Source: Polyangiaceae bacterium (GTDB taxonomy: Bacteria > Myxococcota_A > Polyangia > Polyangiales > Polyangiaceae). Taken from it: 64,000 nt of DNA. How positions within the stretch are numbered: position 1 is the stretch's first letter; the number at the start of each line of letters is the position of its first letter. Shown piece by piece: positions 27,854-38,281 of this stretch. The notes beneath the pieces were generated by a model. The model was not told the DNA's origin and ran no database searches. It saw nothing but the letters and a program-made list of their open reading frames with translations. A program made the translations under genes and the position numbers. Location: positions 2,665-66,664 of the forward strand of contig JAFGBI010000098.1 of NCBI GenBank assembly GCA_016933275.1, given 5' to 3'.

Positions 27854-29665
27854 TCAGGGCTGGAAGTAGCGGCCGACCTGCTCTCGGTACTCTTGTGGGA
27901 CCTCCGAACGCTCGACCGCGTCGACCTCCGCCGCTCCGATTTGGCCGAGCACCCCCGTTCCCTGCTGGTTCGCCGTCTCACCGGCGCGCGCTCGGCCGCG
28001 GCCCTCCGTGCTCTGGCGGAGCGGCCCGGTTGGGTCCAGGTGGGCGCGGGCCTTGGCCCGTAGCCTGTCGCCGGGGACCTCCTCGGTCGAGCCCTGGTGA
28101 TCGCCCCTCCCCCGGTCGTGGTGGCTGCCCGGGCCACCTTGACCGGTGCCGTCCGAGTCGGACTCCTGTCCGTTGCCGTCGCTGCCCGGTTTCGGGCAGG
28201 CTGGGCCCGGGGCGCCCGGGCTGGGGATCGGGATCACGCCGAGCTCGCGCTCTGCCTCGGCTCCGCCACCTTCGGCGTCGTCGAGGCCTTGCTGCCGCTC
28301 GGCGTCCAAGGACGGGTCCCGATTCGCGAGGTCCTTCAGCTGTTGCCGGAGCGCATCGCGCTCCTCCGGGTTCGCGAGGCGCTTTGCGAGGTCCTCGAGC
28401 TCATCCCGGGTCATCGGATCGGCCATCCCCTCCTTGGAGAGCGAACGCCGCAGCTGCTCGGCGAGCCGCTTCCGCTCCTCGTCGCTCAGGCCCTGGAGGG
28501 CCTCGTCGAGCGCTTCGGCGAGGCGACGGGCGGCCTCGGGATCGCCGTTCTCGGAGAACTCCTCGAGGTCGCGGCGCGCCTCGTCGCTCAGGGCGTCGCC
28601 GAGCCCACGGGCGAGTTCGCGCAGCGCTTCTCCTCGCGCCTCGCGCTCCGCGAAGAGCCCTCGCTCCCGCGAGAGTGCATCGGCGAGCTGTTGCGCACCG
28701 CGGTCACGCGCCGCCTTCTCCGCCTCCTCCAGCGCTTGTTTGGCCGACTCGCGCGCCTCTTCTTCGGCCCGGTTGGCGAGCTTCTGCATCTCCTGATCGA
28801 AATCGGTGAGATCGCCGGCCCCCAGCGCGTCGGCGGCGCGCTTGAGGCGCTGGTCGGAGCCGAGCTTGCGTACGGCGGCGTCGAGTCCCGCGCGGTTCTT
28901 GCCGTCGCCGAGCGCGAGGCGCTCGTGGCTCACCGCGTCCCGCAGCTCCGCCAGGCGCGCCTGGGCTTCGCGCTTCGGGAGCCCGCGGGCGAGGTCGGCC
29001 TGCAGCTCGCGGGCGCGCCGTGCGATCTCGTCGAGGCGAGCCCGTTGCTCGGCATCGCGGGCGTCGAGCTTCTCGAGCCCGACGAGCTTCTCGAGTCCGG
29101 CGAGCGCTTCCGTCTTCACCAGCTCCGCGCCGGTAGGCGGTGGGGGAGCGGGGGGCAGTGGGGGGAGGGGCAGAAAGCAAAGTGCACCGACGAGGCCGGC
29201 GCCGAGGAGCGCGAGCGCGTGGACGCGGCGCCACAGCCGCATTCGGATCGCGCGCGGGGTCGCCCCCTCGAGCAGCTCGGCGGCGCGGTCGACGACCGCT
29301 GCCGCGACCTCGTCCTCGTCGGCCGGGGTCGGCCGGGGTCGGTGCAACAGCTCGACCGCGGTGCTGATCGCCTCGTCGCCGCCGAGTCGTGCATCCAGAT
29401 AGAGCGCGACGTCGCCGTCGGACCAGCGGCGGCGGGCGGCCCACCCGAGCGCGAGGAGCAGCCCGATCGCACCGAGGGCGAAGGTCCAGGGACGGAGCTC
29501 GCCGAGCCGCAGGAAGAAGGCCACGGTTGCTCCGGTGGCCGCCACTAGCATCCCGGCGGTCAGGCCGGCGAGGGCAGCTCGGGAGGCGAGACGGAACCGA
29601 ATGCGAAATGCCAGCCGCGCGAAGCGGCGGCGGAACGCGGCTGGGTCGCGTAGGTCGCCGGGCAT
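27854..29665 (-). CDS. membrane-anchored coiled-coil protein, DUF4175-like (C-terminal VPQEYREQVGRYF motif)
   Basis: ATG 29663-29665. Two TM helices, a long E/R/A-rich coiled coil and a Gly-rich tail ending EVPQEYREQVGRYFQP. Confidence 0.7.
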   Translation of the reverse strand: MPGDLRDPAAFRRRFARLAFRIRFRLASRAALAGLTAGMLVAATGATVAFFLRLGELRPWTFALGAIGLLLALGWAARRRWSDGDVALYLDARLGGDEAISTAVELLHRPRPTPADEDEVAAAVVDRAAELLEGATPRAIRMRLWRRVHALALLGAGLVGALCFLPLPPLPPAPPPPTGAELVKTEALAGLEKLVGLEKLDARDAEQRARLDEIARRARELQADLARGLPKREAQARLAELRDAVSHERLALGDGKNRAGLDAAVRKLGSDQRLKRAADALGAGDLTDFDQEMQKLANRAEEEARESAKQALEEAEKAARDRGAQQLADALSRERGLFAEREARGEALRELARGLGDALSDEARRDLEEFSENGDPEAARRLAEALDEALQGLSDEERKRLAEQLRRSLSKEGMADPMTRDELEDLAKRLANPEERDALRQQLKDLANRDPSLDAERQQGLDDAEGGGAEAERELGVIPIPSPGAPGPACPKPGSDGNGQESDSDGTGQGGPGSHHDRGRGDHQGSTEEVPGDRLRAKARAHLDPTGPLRQSTEGRGRARAGETANQQGTGVLGQIGAAEVDAVERSEVPQEYREQVGRYFQP

Positions 29666-29675
29666 GAGAGCGTCA

Positions 29676-30167
29676 TTATACGCTGGAGTTGCCCGTCGGC
29701 GAGCCGCGGCGGGCCGGCGACGACCGAGCCGGGCGGATCCAGAGCGGATGCCCCGGCGAGCCGGCGGGCAGGACCCCGTGGGGGATTCGTGCTCGGCTCG
29801 CACGCGTGGCAAGCTCCGGGGTGGCGAGGAGGGGGCGGTGCGCCCCGCAGGATTCGCCGCGATCGACGGGGAGCTGACGGGCGGGTGGGCAGAACCCGAA
29901 CGCACGCCATGGCTCGACCTTCGGAGGGACGTTGCCATCGAGGTCGATGTGGAAAGCTTCGGGGAGGATCTCGGGACGGGCACCGACCAGCTCGGAGTAA
30001 CCCCGGTGCTGCTCGGGGATCTCCACCGTACTGCCGTGGCAGACCTCATGCCCCGTGAACGCGAGCTCGGGCAGTAGGTCGGGGCAGCACGCGAGCTTCG
30101 CGCGGTGCCGGTACTCCAGGAGCGGATACCCGGCGAGCAGCGTCTGCCCCGCCACGGTAGCGGTCAC
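29676..30167 (-). CDS. 163-aa hypothetical protein, first gene of the minus-strand cluster
   Basis: GTG start. Hand-counted GC3 is 50/56 in the first third and about 79% after that. Ends 11 nt before the DUF4175-like start. The C-terminal third is low complexity. Confidence 0.5.
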   Translation of the reverse strand: MTATVAGQTLLAGYPLLEYRHRAKLACCPDLLPELAFTGHEVCHGSTVEIPEQHRGYSELVGARPEILPEAFHIDLDGNVPPKVEPWRAFGFCPPARQLPVDRGESCGAHRPLLATPELATRASRARIPHGVLPAGSPGHPLWIRPARSSPARRGSPTGNSSV

Positions 30168-30240
30168 GCCGGCCCGAGGAGGGTCCCGATTGACCGTTAC
30201 CTCGGCACTGGAAGGCGACTATGGTTCCTCGAAGGCGCTC

Positions 30241-32742
30241 ATGACCGAGAAGCTCGATCCCCAGAACCTCCCCGACGAAGCCCAAGAACGTGCCCGAGTG
30301 GCCGCGGAGCTGAAGCACGACGCGCTCGCCGCCAAGGCGCGGGGAGAGCTGTTGACCGCGATGCTGCACGCATCCGACGCCCTGATGCTGTTCCCCAACG
30401 AGCGAGAGTACCTCGATCTAGTCGACGATATCGTGCTCGCGACCAACGACCCGGTTGCGTTGGTCCCGGTGGCAACTGGTGCGGTGCACGTCGCCACGGG
30501 CGCGGTCCGCGCGCGAATCCTGATGATGCAGAAGGATATCCGCGGCGCGGTCGAGATCATCGGACAGATCGTCGACATCGCGCCCGACCTCGCGTACCTC
30601 GACTGGGTCCGCCGCTGGCTGCAGCCACACGTGATCCAGGCGCTCGGCTGGGATTTCCTGGCCGAGCACGCCGTGAAACCCGGCCTGCGCATCGCGCTCG
30701 ACATCGCGCCGCCCATCGACCGCGACGACCCAAGGCGTCCGAACGTCGAGAGCGCCGCCGAGATCCTGCGAGCGATGCGCGGGGCCTTCCCTGGGGAGGC
30801 GATGCTCTATTGGGGCGAGGCGCTGGTTCGGCGCCGGCTCGGTGACCCCGCGGCGACCGTGGCCGTCGCCGGCGAGGGCGTCCAGAGATTCCCCCACGAC
30901 GAGCGCATCGTGCTTGCGATGGCCAACGCGCTTCGCGATGCGCTTCGGCCGGACGAAGCGCTAGAGTACTATCGTCTCGCGCTCCAGCTCGATCCACAGG
31001 ACAACGCCCCGCTCCACGATGCAGGCTGGGCCTTTGTCGAAGCGGGGCGACCCGCCGAGGCGCTGAACCTCTTCCAGGAGCTGCTCAGCCGCCAGCCCGA
31101 CTACCCCGAGGGCAAGCTCTCCTATCATTACGCCCGGTTCAAGGCGCACGGCGCCCCAGACGACAGGGCAGCGCTGATCCGGCTGCGCGAGCGCAATTGG
31201 CATAGCAGTCGCACGCGGGACCTCGTCAACGAGATCGATCCGCCGGAGGTGTATTTCAACTTCCTCCCTGGGCCGGGTGACGCCACCGCGGCCGCCACGC
31301 GGCACCTGAGCCGCGAGCTCGCGCCGGTCTTCGCCTGTTGCGGACGTGGTGCCAACGTCGGTTACACGCTGGTGAGCGAGTTCCTCGAGTCACCGAGCGT
31401 CGCCGTCGCCTTCGACCTCGCGGTGCGGTCGGCGGGCGGCGCCGGTGCCGAGCTCACCTTGGAGGTCTCTCGGATCCAGGAGCCCGACCCACGAGGCGAC
31501 AAGGCGCCGCTCGCCCTGCGGGTCTGGACCCATGAAGGGACGAACGCGAAGAGGGTCTATCCCGCCGCCTATCCGCAGGCACAGCAAGCGATTGCTGCGC
31601 TCGCCGACGAGGTCTTCCGGGTGGATGTGTGGGATCCGTTCGCCGCCCGAATTGCGCGAGAGCTCGGCAATGACTGGATGCACGCCCTCGTGGGCGTATT
31701 GACCGACCCGCCCGCTCCGCCCGCGCATGGGGAGTACGATCCGTTCATCTGGACCTACCGTTGCCAGGTGGCGGTCGCGCTCGTGCTCTCCCACCTCGGA
31801 CCCTGGGAATCCGGGCCCGCCCGCCCCGCGCTGTATTCGCTGGTTTACGGCCCGTCCGACTGGATCACCTCGGCGGGGCTCATCGCCCTTGGCTGGCGCG
31901 CGCGCCAGAACCCCGGACTACGCCCTGAGGTCGAGGCCGTCTTCCATTGGATGCGCGGCCAGCTGCCGAGGGAGGGATTCACCGCCTGGGAAGCGCCGCT
32001 CGCGCACGTGTGGCTCGGCCTCGTTGGCCCCGCCGAGCCGGTTCGCCGCGAGCTCGAAGCGTGGATAGAAGCATACGATGCGGCGCTGCCACGGAAGAAC
32101 CGAGTCCGCCGCCCCGAGCGCCGCTATGGCGGACTCACGCTCGCGCAGTACGCCGAATTCGCCTGGGAGCGCGACCGGATCATGGGCAATGTCGCCCACC
32201 AGGGGGTTGCGGCTGCCGCCAAGGCCTTTGTCGGCGGGGGAACGCCCTCCGAGCTCGTCGCGCTCTGCCAGCGTTTCGGCGTTCCCCTCCGCGGCGAGGG
32301 GGGTGCGGTGGCGCCGTACGTCATGGAGTGGCAGGAGGCCATCAACGCCAACCCCGAGCTTCAGAAGGAGTTTGCCGAGCTGATGCGGAACATTCAGTTC
32401 GAGAAGCAGGGCGTCAGCGTCCAGGAAGCTGCGGCGCTCGACCAGATCCTGGACGGCAACATGGACATGCATCTCAGGATGGCGCAGGCCCAGCAGGCGC
32501 AGCGCGCGGTCGCAGAAGGGAACGCCGGTGAGCCCGATCCCGTGGTCTTCCCCGGGCAACCCGTCGCCAGGTTGAGCGACTACGTCGCCATCCTCAAGGG
32601 AATGCAGGCCGGCAATATGAATATCCTCGGGAAATATGGGCTCGACTTCATGAGCTACACCTCCGTGGCGACTGCCTGGGGCGCCAAGATGGCTGCCGAC
32701 CCGGTGCTCACGGAGAAATTCAGTCGGATGATGGCGAGCTGA
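30241..32742 (+). CDS. 833-aa TPR-repeat protein
   Basis: Start at MTEKLDPQNL (ATG 30241). TPR-like stretch ALEYYRLALQLDPQDNAPLHDAGWAFVEAGRPAEALNLFQELLSRQPDYPEG. Confidence 0.75.
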   Translation: MTEKLDPQNLPDEAQERARVAAELKHDALAAKARGELLTAMLHASDALMLFPNEREYLDLVDDIVLATNDPVALVPVATGAVHVATGAVRARILMMQKDIRGAVEIIGQIVDIAPDLAYLDWVRRWLQPHVIQALGWDFLAEHAVKPGLRIALDIAPPIDRDDPRRPNVESAAEILRAMRGAFPGEAMLYWGEALVRRRLGDPAATVAVAGEGVQRFPHDERIVLAMANALRDALRPDEALEYYRLALQLDPQDNAPLHDAGWAFVEAGRPAEALNLFQELLSRQPDYPEGKLSYHYARFKAHGAPDDRAALIRLRERNWHSSRTRDLVNEIDPPEVYFNFLPGPGDATAAATRHLSRELAPVFACCGRGANVGYTLVSEFLESPSVAVAFDLAVRSAGGAGAELTLEVSRIQEPDPRGDKAPLALRVWTHEGTNAKRVYPAAYPQAQQAIAALADEVFRVDVWDPFAARIARELGNDWMHALVGVLTDPPAPPAHGEYDPFIWTYRCQVAVALVLSHLGPWESGPARPALYSLVYGPSDWITSAGLIALGWRARQNPGLRPEVEAVFHWMRGQLPREGFTAWEAPLAHVWLGLVGPAEPVRRELEAWIEAYDAALPRKNRVRRPERRYGGLTLAQYAEFAWERDRIMGNVAHQGVAAAAKAFVGGGTPSELVALCQRFGVPLRGEGGAVAPYVMEWQEAINANPELQKEFAELMRNIQFEKQGVSVQEAAALDQILDGNMDMHLRMAQAQQAQRAVAEGNAGEPDPVVFPGQPVARLSDYVAILKGMQAGNMNILGKYGLDFMSYTSVATAWGAKMAADPVLTEKFSRMMAS

Positions 32743-33075
32743 ATCGGCGTCGGGGAAGCACGTTTGGGGCGGCTTCGTCGCGGCGGAGGCGACCGTCCCC
32801 GCCGACTCCTCGGACGGGAGGAGCGGTCAGGATCGGGTGGCGTCCCAGACTGGGTGGGGCCCTGCCGAGCCCCCGCTCGAGCGCCGAGTGGACGCGGCTT
32901 CGGGTTGGGTCTAGCGTACCTAGGGTCGTTTGGTCGAGCGAGGCGCCAGGGTGGCGTTCGGGACGGTTGGGTGCCGATCGGAGCGTGTCCCGTGAGTGAA
33001 GACAATTCGGTGCAGTCGTGGTCCGCACCGCCCCGTCGTTCGGTGCGCGTGGAGAACGCTGGCGAGATCTCGGCG

Positions 33076-34668
33076 ATGCACGTGTTGCTCGTCGAGGACA
33101 GTGTCATTTTCGCGGAGGCAGTGCGCTTGCTCTTGATGGGAGCCGCTCCCATCGAGGTGGATCTCTGCCACGTCGAGCGGCTCGCCGACGTGTCCCCGGA
33201 CATGGAGCCGAAGCCCGACGTGGTGCTGCTCGATCTGGCACTCCCGGATGCCCAGGGGCTCGACACCATTCGAGGGATGCAGGTACGACTACCGGGGACG
33301 CCCATCGTGGTGCTGACCGCCGATTCGAACGAGCAGCTCGCGTTGGACGTCGTCAGGGGTGGTGCGCAGGACTACCTCGTGAAGGGGCGGTTCAACGTCG
33401 ACACCCTCGTTCGAACGATGCGCTACGCGATCGAGCGAGTGCAGGGTGAGCAGCTGAAGAGGCAGCTGCTCCAGGCGGATCGCCTCGCGGCCATTGGGCG
33501 CCTCGCGGCGGGCGTGGCGCACGAGATCAGCAACCCTGCCACCTTCGTCCAGGCCAGTGCGACCCTCGTTCGCGAGCAATTCATGCGCCTCGAGGCCGCC
33601 CTGGCGAGGCTCGATCGCGTGCGGGACCGGGACGGAGAGGGCGCGGCGGACCTGACCAAGATCCTCGAGGAAGCGAGGGGTGCCACCGAGGAGCTTCGCC
33701 GCCTCACCGACCAGAATGCAGCAGGGGTCGAGCGGATCTGCGCGGTCGTGCAGGACCTCAGGGGCTACTCCCGACTGGAGCCGGGCAAGGTCGTCCTGGT
33801 ACACCCAAATGATGTCATCAGCGACGTCTGCAACCTCGTTTCGAGCGTGGTCCGCCACAAGGCCCGGCTGGTGAAGGACCTGAAGGCGGTGCCGCCGGTG
33901 GCGCTCCCGCGCGGGCGCCTCGATCAGATCCTCACCAACCTCCTGGTCAACGCCGCGCAGGCGATCCCCGATGCACCGCCACAGGAGAATACGATCACCG
34001 TCTCGACCCGCTGCGAGCGGATCGACGTGGTCATCACGGTCGAAGACACCGGGGTCGGCATGACGCCCGAGCAACAGAAGAAGGTCTTCGAGCCGTTCTT
34101 CACCACCAAGGCCCGGGGGGTGGGTACCGGTCTGGGGTTGTCGATCTGCCGCGAGATCGCGCGAGCGCACCAGGGTGAAGTGACCTGTGCGAGTGAGCTC
34201 AGCTGTGGAACCCGGTTCGAGGTGCGGTTCCCGGTGGTGTCCGAGCATGAGGTGCGCGTGCCGACCCCGGCTCCCCCGCCGGCGGAGCAACCGGTGGGAC
34301 GAGTTCGCGTCCTGATCGTCGACGACGAGCCGAACATCAGGCAGGTCTACGCGGTCCTCCTCAGCGACGAGTTCGACGTGGAGACGGCGAAGAACGGCAC
34401 GGACGCCCTGTCCATCATCCAAAAGGGCCCGCGTTTCGACGTCATCGTCTCCGACCTGATGATGCCGGACATGGATGCGGCGGAGCTGATGGGCGCGCTG
34501 CTCGCCGTCGAGCCCACCATGATGGAGCGATTCATCCTCTATACGGGCGGTGCCGTGAGCGACCGCGCACGCCGGTTGGTGGACACGGGAGAGGTGCCAG
34601 TCCTCTACAAGCCATTGCTCATCGACGAGCTGAAGCGAGCCATCCGAGCTCGCCTGTCCGATCGCTGA
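33076..34668 (+). CDS. hybrid sensor histidine kinase (REC-HisKA-HATPase-REC)
   Basis: MHVLLVEDS...[10 protein letters not shown] (REC), [11 protein letters not shown] (H-box), NLLVNAAQA / DTGVGM / GTGLGLS (N, G1, G2 boxes), VLIVDDEP...[10 protein letters not shown] (second REC). Confidence 0.9.
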   Translation: MHVLLVEDSVIFAEAVRLLLMGAAPIEVDLCHVERLADVSPDMEPKPDVVLLDLALPDAQGLDTIRGMQVRLPGTPIVVLTADSNEQLALDVVRGGAQDYLVKGRFNVDTLVRTMRYAIERVQGEQLKRQLLQADRLAAIGRLAAGVAHEISNPATFVQASATLVREQFMRLEAALARLDRVRDRDGEGAADLTKILEEARGATEELRRLTDQNAAGVERICAVVQDLRGYSRLEPGKVVLVHPNDVISDVCNLVSSVVRHKARLVKDLKAVPPVALPRGRLDQILTNLLVNAAQAIPDAPPQENTITVSTRCERIDVVITVEDTGVGMTPEQQKKVFEPFFTTKARGVGTGLGLSICREIARAHQGEVTCASELSCGTRFEVRFPVVSEHEVRVPTPAPPPAEQPVGRVRVLIVDDEPNIRQVYAVLLSDEFDVETAKNGTDALSIIQKGPRFDVIVSDLMMPDMDAAELMGALLAVEPTMMERFILYTGGAVSDRARRLVDTGEVPVLYKPLLIDELKRAIRARLSDR

Positions 34669-34746
34669 CAGGGTCATGGTCCGCGATCGACCCCGCTCGT
34701 GCCAAGCTCGCGGGTGGCCGCTGGGGGCCTGTCGCGCAAGGTGGGT

Positions 34747-34971
34747 ATGGCGCGAGGATTCGGTCGGTTCGCCGTGTGGCTCGTGATCGGCAGCACCATC
34801 GCGGGTGGCTGCTCCAAGGACAGGGATGCCGGCAGCGGCGGCTGCCCCGGTGCCGAAGTCCACTGTGGAGACGAGTGCGTAGACACCAGGACGGATACTG
34901 TGCACTGCGGACGCTGCGATCACCCCTGCGCCACCGACCAGGCGTGTGAGGCGGGCACCTGCGTGGACTAG
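34747..34971 (+). CDS. small Cys-rich lipoprotein (Stig1-like CG-x-C-V-D...C-G-x-C motif), possibly the N-terminus of a disrupted longer gene
   Basis: MARGFGRFAVWLVIGSTIAGGC lipobox. HCGDECVDTRTDTVHCGRCDHPCATDQACEAGTCVD, then TAG at 34969-34971 in frame with the downstream coding-like sequence. Confidence 0.55.
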   Translation: MARGFGRFAVWLVIGSTIAGGCSKDRDAGSGGCPGAEVHCGDECVDTRTDTVHCGRCDHPCATDQACEAGTCVD

Positions 34972-35729
34972 GGAGGAGGCGGCGTATCGAGCGGTGGCGC
35001 GGGGACCGGTGGGGGGGCCAGGAGCCCAGGCGGCGCCAGTCAGGCGGGGCGACCGGCGGCGAGGCGAGCGGTGGCGGCGCCACCGGCGGCGGGGGCTGGG
35101 GTTCCGGCAAGCACCGGCGGGACCGCGGGCGGCCCGGGGTGCGTCGACGTGGATCGCGATGGCGACTGTGCCCCCCACGATTGCGACGACGAGAACCCGG
35201 CGATCGGTCCTGTGCAGCCCGAGACTCGTGGCAATGGCTTCGACGACGACGGCGATGGCGAGGTGGACGGGGACTGCCTCGGCGATGAGGGGTTCTTCAT
35301 CGATCGGGACTCGCTGGGTGGGCCCTGTGCCGACACCAACCCTGGCACCAGGACCGAGCCGTGGTGCACATCGAGGAGGCCAACCATCGGCCGACGGCAG
35401 GACAGACCGCATTCCTCCGCGCTGGCACCTACGCGGACGAAACCAACGCGCCGGTCCATTCGGGCACCTCCGACCACGCGCGCATCAGCTACACGAACTA
35501 CCAGGACGAAGAGGTCACGCTCGAAGGTAGCGTCTATTGCGTCCACCTGCAGGGCAGTTCGTACGTCAGCGTGTTAGGGCTGAGCTTCCTCAACTGTGGC
35601 CGCAACTTCTATTTGCGCGAGTCCCATCCCACCCTCGCCGAACCCCTCACCTGGCGTTCAGGGGACGGGGTGAGTCTGCCGTACGGAGGCGAGCGTCCAG
35701 ACCAAGGCGTCTACGAACAGCGCGCCTGA
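34972..35729 (+). pseudogene. remnant of a Gly-rich / Cys-Asp-rich motif / beta-helix (DUF1565-like) secreted protein
   Basis: In the same frame as 34747: GCVDVDRDGDCAPHDCDDENPAIGPVQPETRGNGFDDDGDGEVDGDC. After a frame change near 35340-35400: FLRAGTYADETNAPVHSGTSDHARISYTNYQDEEVTLEGS...GLSFLNCGRN. It ends after only about 100 aa of beta-helix. Confidence 0.5.
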
Positions 35730-35814
35730 TCCCCCGCCTGCCAGGGGCCGTTTTTGTCGTGCGGGGCGGCCCCGCTGCGACTAGGATCGCGGCGTCTCCT
35801 GGGAGGACTGCCGA

Positions 35815-36729
35815 ATGGCGAAGGACAAGATCACCGCGCCGGAGATCCAGGCCAGAAAGCACGTGGGACCGCGGATCGTCGTGGTGACGGCCTACGACGC
35901 GACCATGGCCTCGCTGCTCGAGGCGGCTGGGGTCGACGTGCTGCTCGTCGGGGACTCGCTCGGCATGGTAGTGCAGGGGTTGGCCACCACCCTCCCGGTC
36001 ACCCTCGAGGAGGTCTGCTACCACTGTCGCGCAGTGTCGCGCGTCGCGCGGCGAGCCCACGTGGTGGGGGATCTTCCGTTCATGTCGTACCAGACGTCAC
36101 CGGAGCGGGCCCTCGACGCGGCTGGGCGACTGGTGAAAGAGGGCGGAGTCGAGGCCGTGAAGCTCGAGGGCGGGGTGGCGATGGCCGAACACGTGCGTCG
36201 GATCGTCGCCGTGGGGATCCCGGTGATGGGCCACGTGGGCCTCACGCCCCAATCGGTCCACGCGATGGGTGGCTTCCGCGTGCAGGGAAAGACCGACCTC
36301 GCCAAGGAGCGGATCTTGGCTGACGCCCGGGCCCTCGAGGCGGCGGGGGCATATTCCATGGTGGTGGAGGGGGTACCCACCGAGCTCGGGCAGCGGATCA
36401 CGGACGCCGTTTCCATCCCCACCATCGGTATCGGCGCCGGACCGCACTGTGACGGTCAGGTGCTGGTTTCGTACGATCTTCTGGGGATGTACGGTGACGT
36501 GCGGCCGAAGTTTGTGAAGCGCTATGCGGAGCTCGGGGTAGCGGTGGTGCGGGCGACGGAGGCATTCGCGGCCGAGGTCCGGTCGGGGGCCTTCCCGACC
36601 GATGCGCACAGTTTCGGCGTATCGTCGCCCCGGGCGGTGCGCCAGTCCCAGGGTGAGCCGACGGGGTCCTCGCCGATCGTGGTCGGTGACCCGGCGAGCT
36701 TCCCTCCGGCGAGTGACGACGATGCCTGA
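35815..36729 (+). CDS. panB: 3-methyl-2-oxobutanoate hydroxymethyltransferase
   Basis: [34 protein letters not shown]...VGDLPFMSY...VKLEGG...[18 protein letters not shown] 7 nt upstream. Confidence 0.93.
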   Translation: MAKDKITAPEIQARKHVGPRIVVVTAYDATMASLLEAAGVDVLLVGDSLGMVVQGLATTLPVTLEEVCYHCRAVSRVARRAHVVGDLPFMSYQTSPERALDAAGRLVKEGGVEAVKLEGGVAMAEHVRRIVAVGIPVMGHVGLTPQSVHAMGGFRVQGKTDLAKERILADARALEAAGAYSMVVEGVPTELGQRITDAVSIPTIGIGAGPHCDGQVLVSYDLLGMYGDVRPKFVKRYAELGVAVVRATEAFAAEVRSGAFPTDAHSFGVSSPRAVRQSQGEPTGSSPIVVGDPASFPPASDDDA

Positions 36730-37618
36730 CGCGTCGGGACGACTGCCGGTGGTGTTCGACCGGGTGGCGGCGTTTCGGGTTGCCTGCGATCGCGTGCGCC
36801 GCGGTGGCGGCACGCTCGGGCTCGTACCGACCATGGGGGCGCTCCACGAAGGCCACCTCGCGCTCGTGCGGGAGGCGAAGCGACGTGCCTCGACGGTGGC
36901 CGTCACCATCTTCGTGAACCCGACCCAGTTCGGTCCGAACGAGGACCTGGCACGCTACCCGCGCGACCTGGCGGGCGACCGCGCGGCCTGCGCGAGGGTC
37001 GGAGTGGACCTCTTGTTCGCGCCATCGGAAGAGGAGATGTACCCGCGCGACGAGCGCACACGCGTCACCGTGGCGCACCTCACCGAAGCCCTCTGCGGGG
37101 TTTCGCGGCCCCATCACTTCACCGGCGTCGCCACCGTCGTCACCAAGCTCTTCGCCGTCGCCGGGCCCGCGATTGCGCTCTTCGGGCGCAAGGACTACCA
37201 GCAGTTGCAGGTGGTCCGCCGGATGACCCGTGATCTCCTGCTGCCGGTCGAGATCGTCGGCTGCCCGACGGTGCGCGAGGCGGACGGACTCGCGCTGAGC
37301 TCCCGCAACTCGTACCTCACGTCGGAGGAGCGGCAGCGTGCGGTCGCGATTCCGCGCGGGCTCGGTCGAGCCGCGCGAGCCTTTTCCAGCGGGGAGCGCC
37401 ATGCCGGGAGGCTCGTCCGGATGGTCGAGGACCAGCTGAGCGGCGCGCGGCTCCGGCCGGACTATGTGACCATCGCGGACGCCGACGAGCTCTCCCCGTT
37501 CGCCGGGGATGCGACGCTGCCGGAGCGGGCCGTGCTCGCCGTGGCGGCGTATGCGGGCTCGACCCGGCTCATCGACAACCTGGTCTTCTCCGAGGATCCG
37601 CCGCCGAGGGACGATTGA
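36722..37618 (+). CDS. panC: pantoate--beta-alanine ligase
   Basis: [18 protein letters not shown]...[21 protein letters not shown]...FGRKDYQQL. The start overlaps the panB stop. Confidence 0.93.
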   Translation: MPDASGRLPVVFDRVAAFRVACDRVRRGGGTLGLVPTMGALHEGHLALVREAKRRASTVAVTIFVNPTQFGPNEDLARYPRDLAGDRAACARVGVDLLFAPSEEEMYPRDERTRVTVAHLTEALCGVSRPHHFTGVATVVTKLFAVAGPAIALFGRKDYQQLQVVRRMTRDLLLPVEIVGCPTVREADGLALSSRNSYLTSEERQRAVAIPRGLGRAARAFSSGERHAGRLVRMVEDQLSGARLRPDYVTIADADELSPFAGDATLPERAVLAVAAYAGSTRLIDNLVFSEDPPPRDD

Positions 37619-37621
37619 GCC

Positions 37622-38281
37622 ATGGGTGAGGGTCGGTTCGTGGTTCTGGAGGGGATCGATGGCTGCGGTAGCACCACGCAGGCGGCGCGCCTGGTGGCGG
37701 CGCTGAGAGCTCGCGGGGTCGATGCCCGGCGTACGGCCGAGCCCACCAGCGGTCCGGTCGGACGCCTCATCCGTGAGGGGCTTGGGGCGCACCTCATCGC
37801 GGAGGCCGGGGAGTCCCGCGCCACCTTCGACTGGGCCACCTTCGCCCTGCTCTTCGCGGCCGATCGCGTGGATCACAACGAAACCGTGATCGGTCCCGCG
37901 CTCGCCAAGGGCGCCTGGGTGGTGAGCGACCGGTACGACCTGTCGAGCCTCGCCTATCAATCGGCGACGGCGGTGGGGGCGGAGGCGAGTGTGCCCTGGA
38001 TCCGAGAGCTCAACCGCCGCGCACGGCGCCCCGACCTCACCATCGTGCTGGACGTCGACCCCGCAGTCGCGAGCGAGCGCCGGCGCCGCCGCGGGGGGCA
38101 GCAGGAGATCTACGAGGTCGATGCGGTGCAGCAGAGGCTTGCGACGATCTATGCGCGCGCGCAGGACCTCGTGCCCAACGATCGCGTCGTGCACGTGGCG
38201 AGCGAGGGGCCGGTCGAGTCGGTTGCGCGGACCGTGCTCGCCGCGGTCGATCCGCTCCTCATCGGGAGGGAGGGGAGATGA
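37622..38281 (+). CDS. tmk: dTMP (thymidylate) kinase
   Basis: FVVLEGIDGCGSTTQ P-loop, SDRYDLSSLAYQ, LDVDPAVASERRR. Confidence 0.9.
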   Translation: MGEGRFVVLEGIDGCGSTTQAARLVAALRARGVDARRTAEPTSGPVGRLIREGLGAHLIAEAGESRATFDWATFALLFAADRVDHNETVIGPALAKGAWVVSDRYDLSSLAYQSATAVGAEASVPWIRELNRRARRPDLTIVLDVDPAVASERRRRRGGQQEIYEVDAVQQRLATIYARAQDLVPNDRVVHVASEGPVESVARTVLAAVDPLLIGREGR

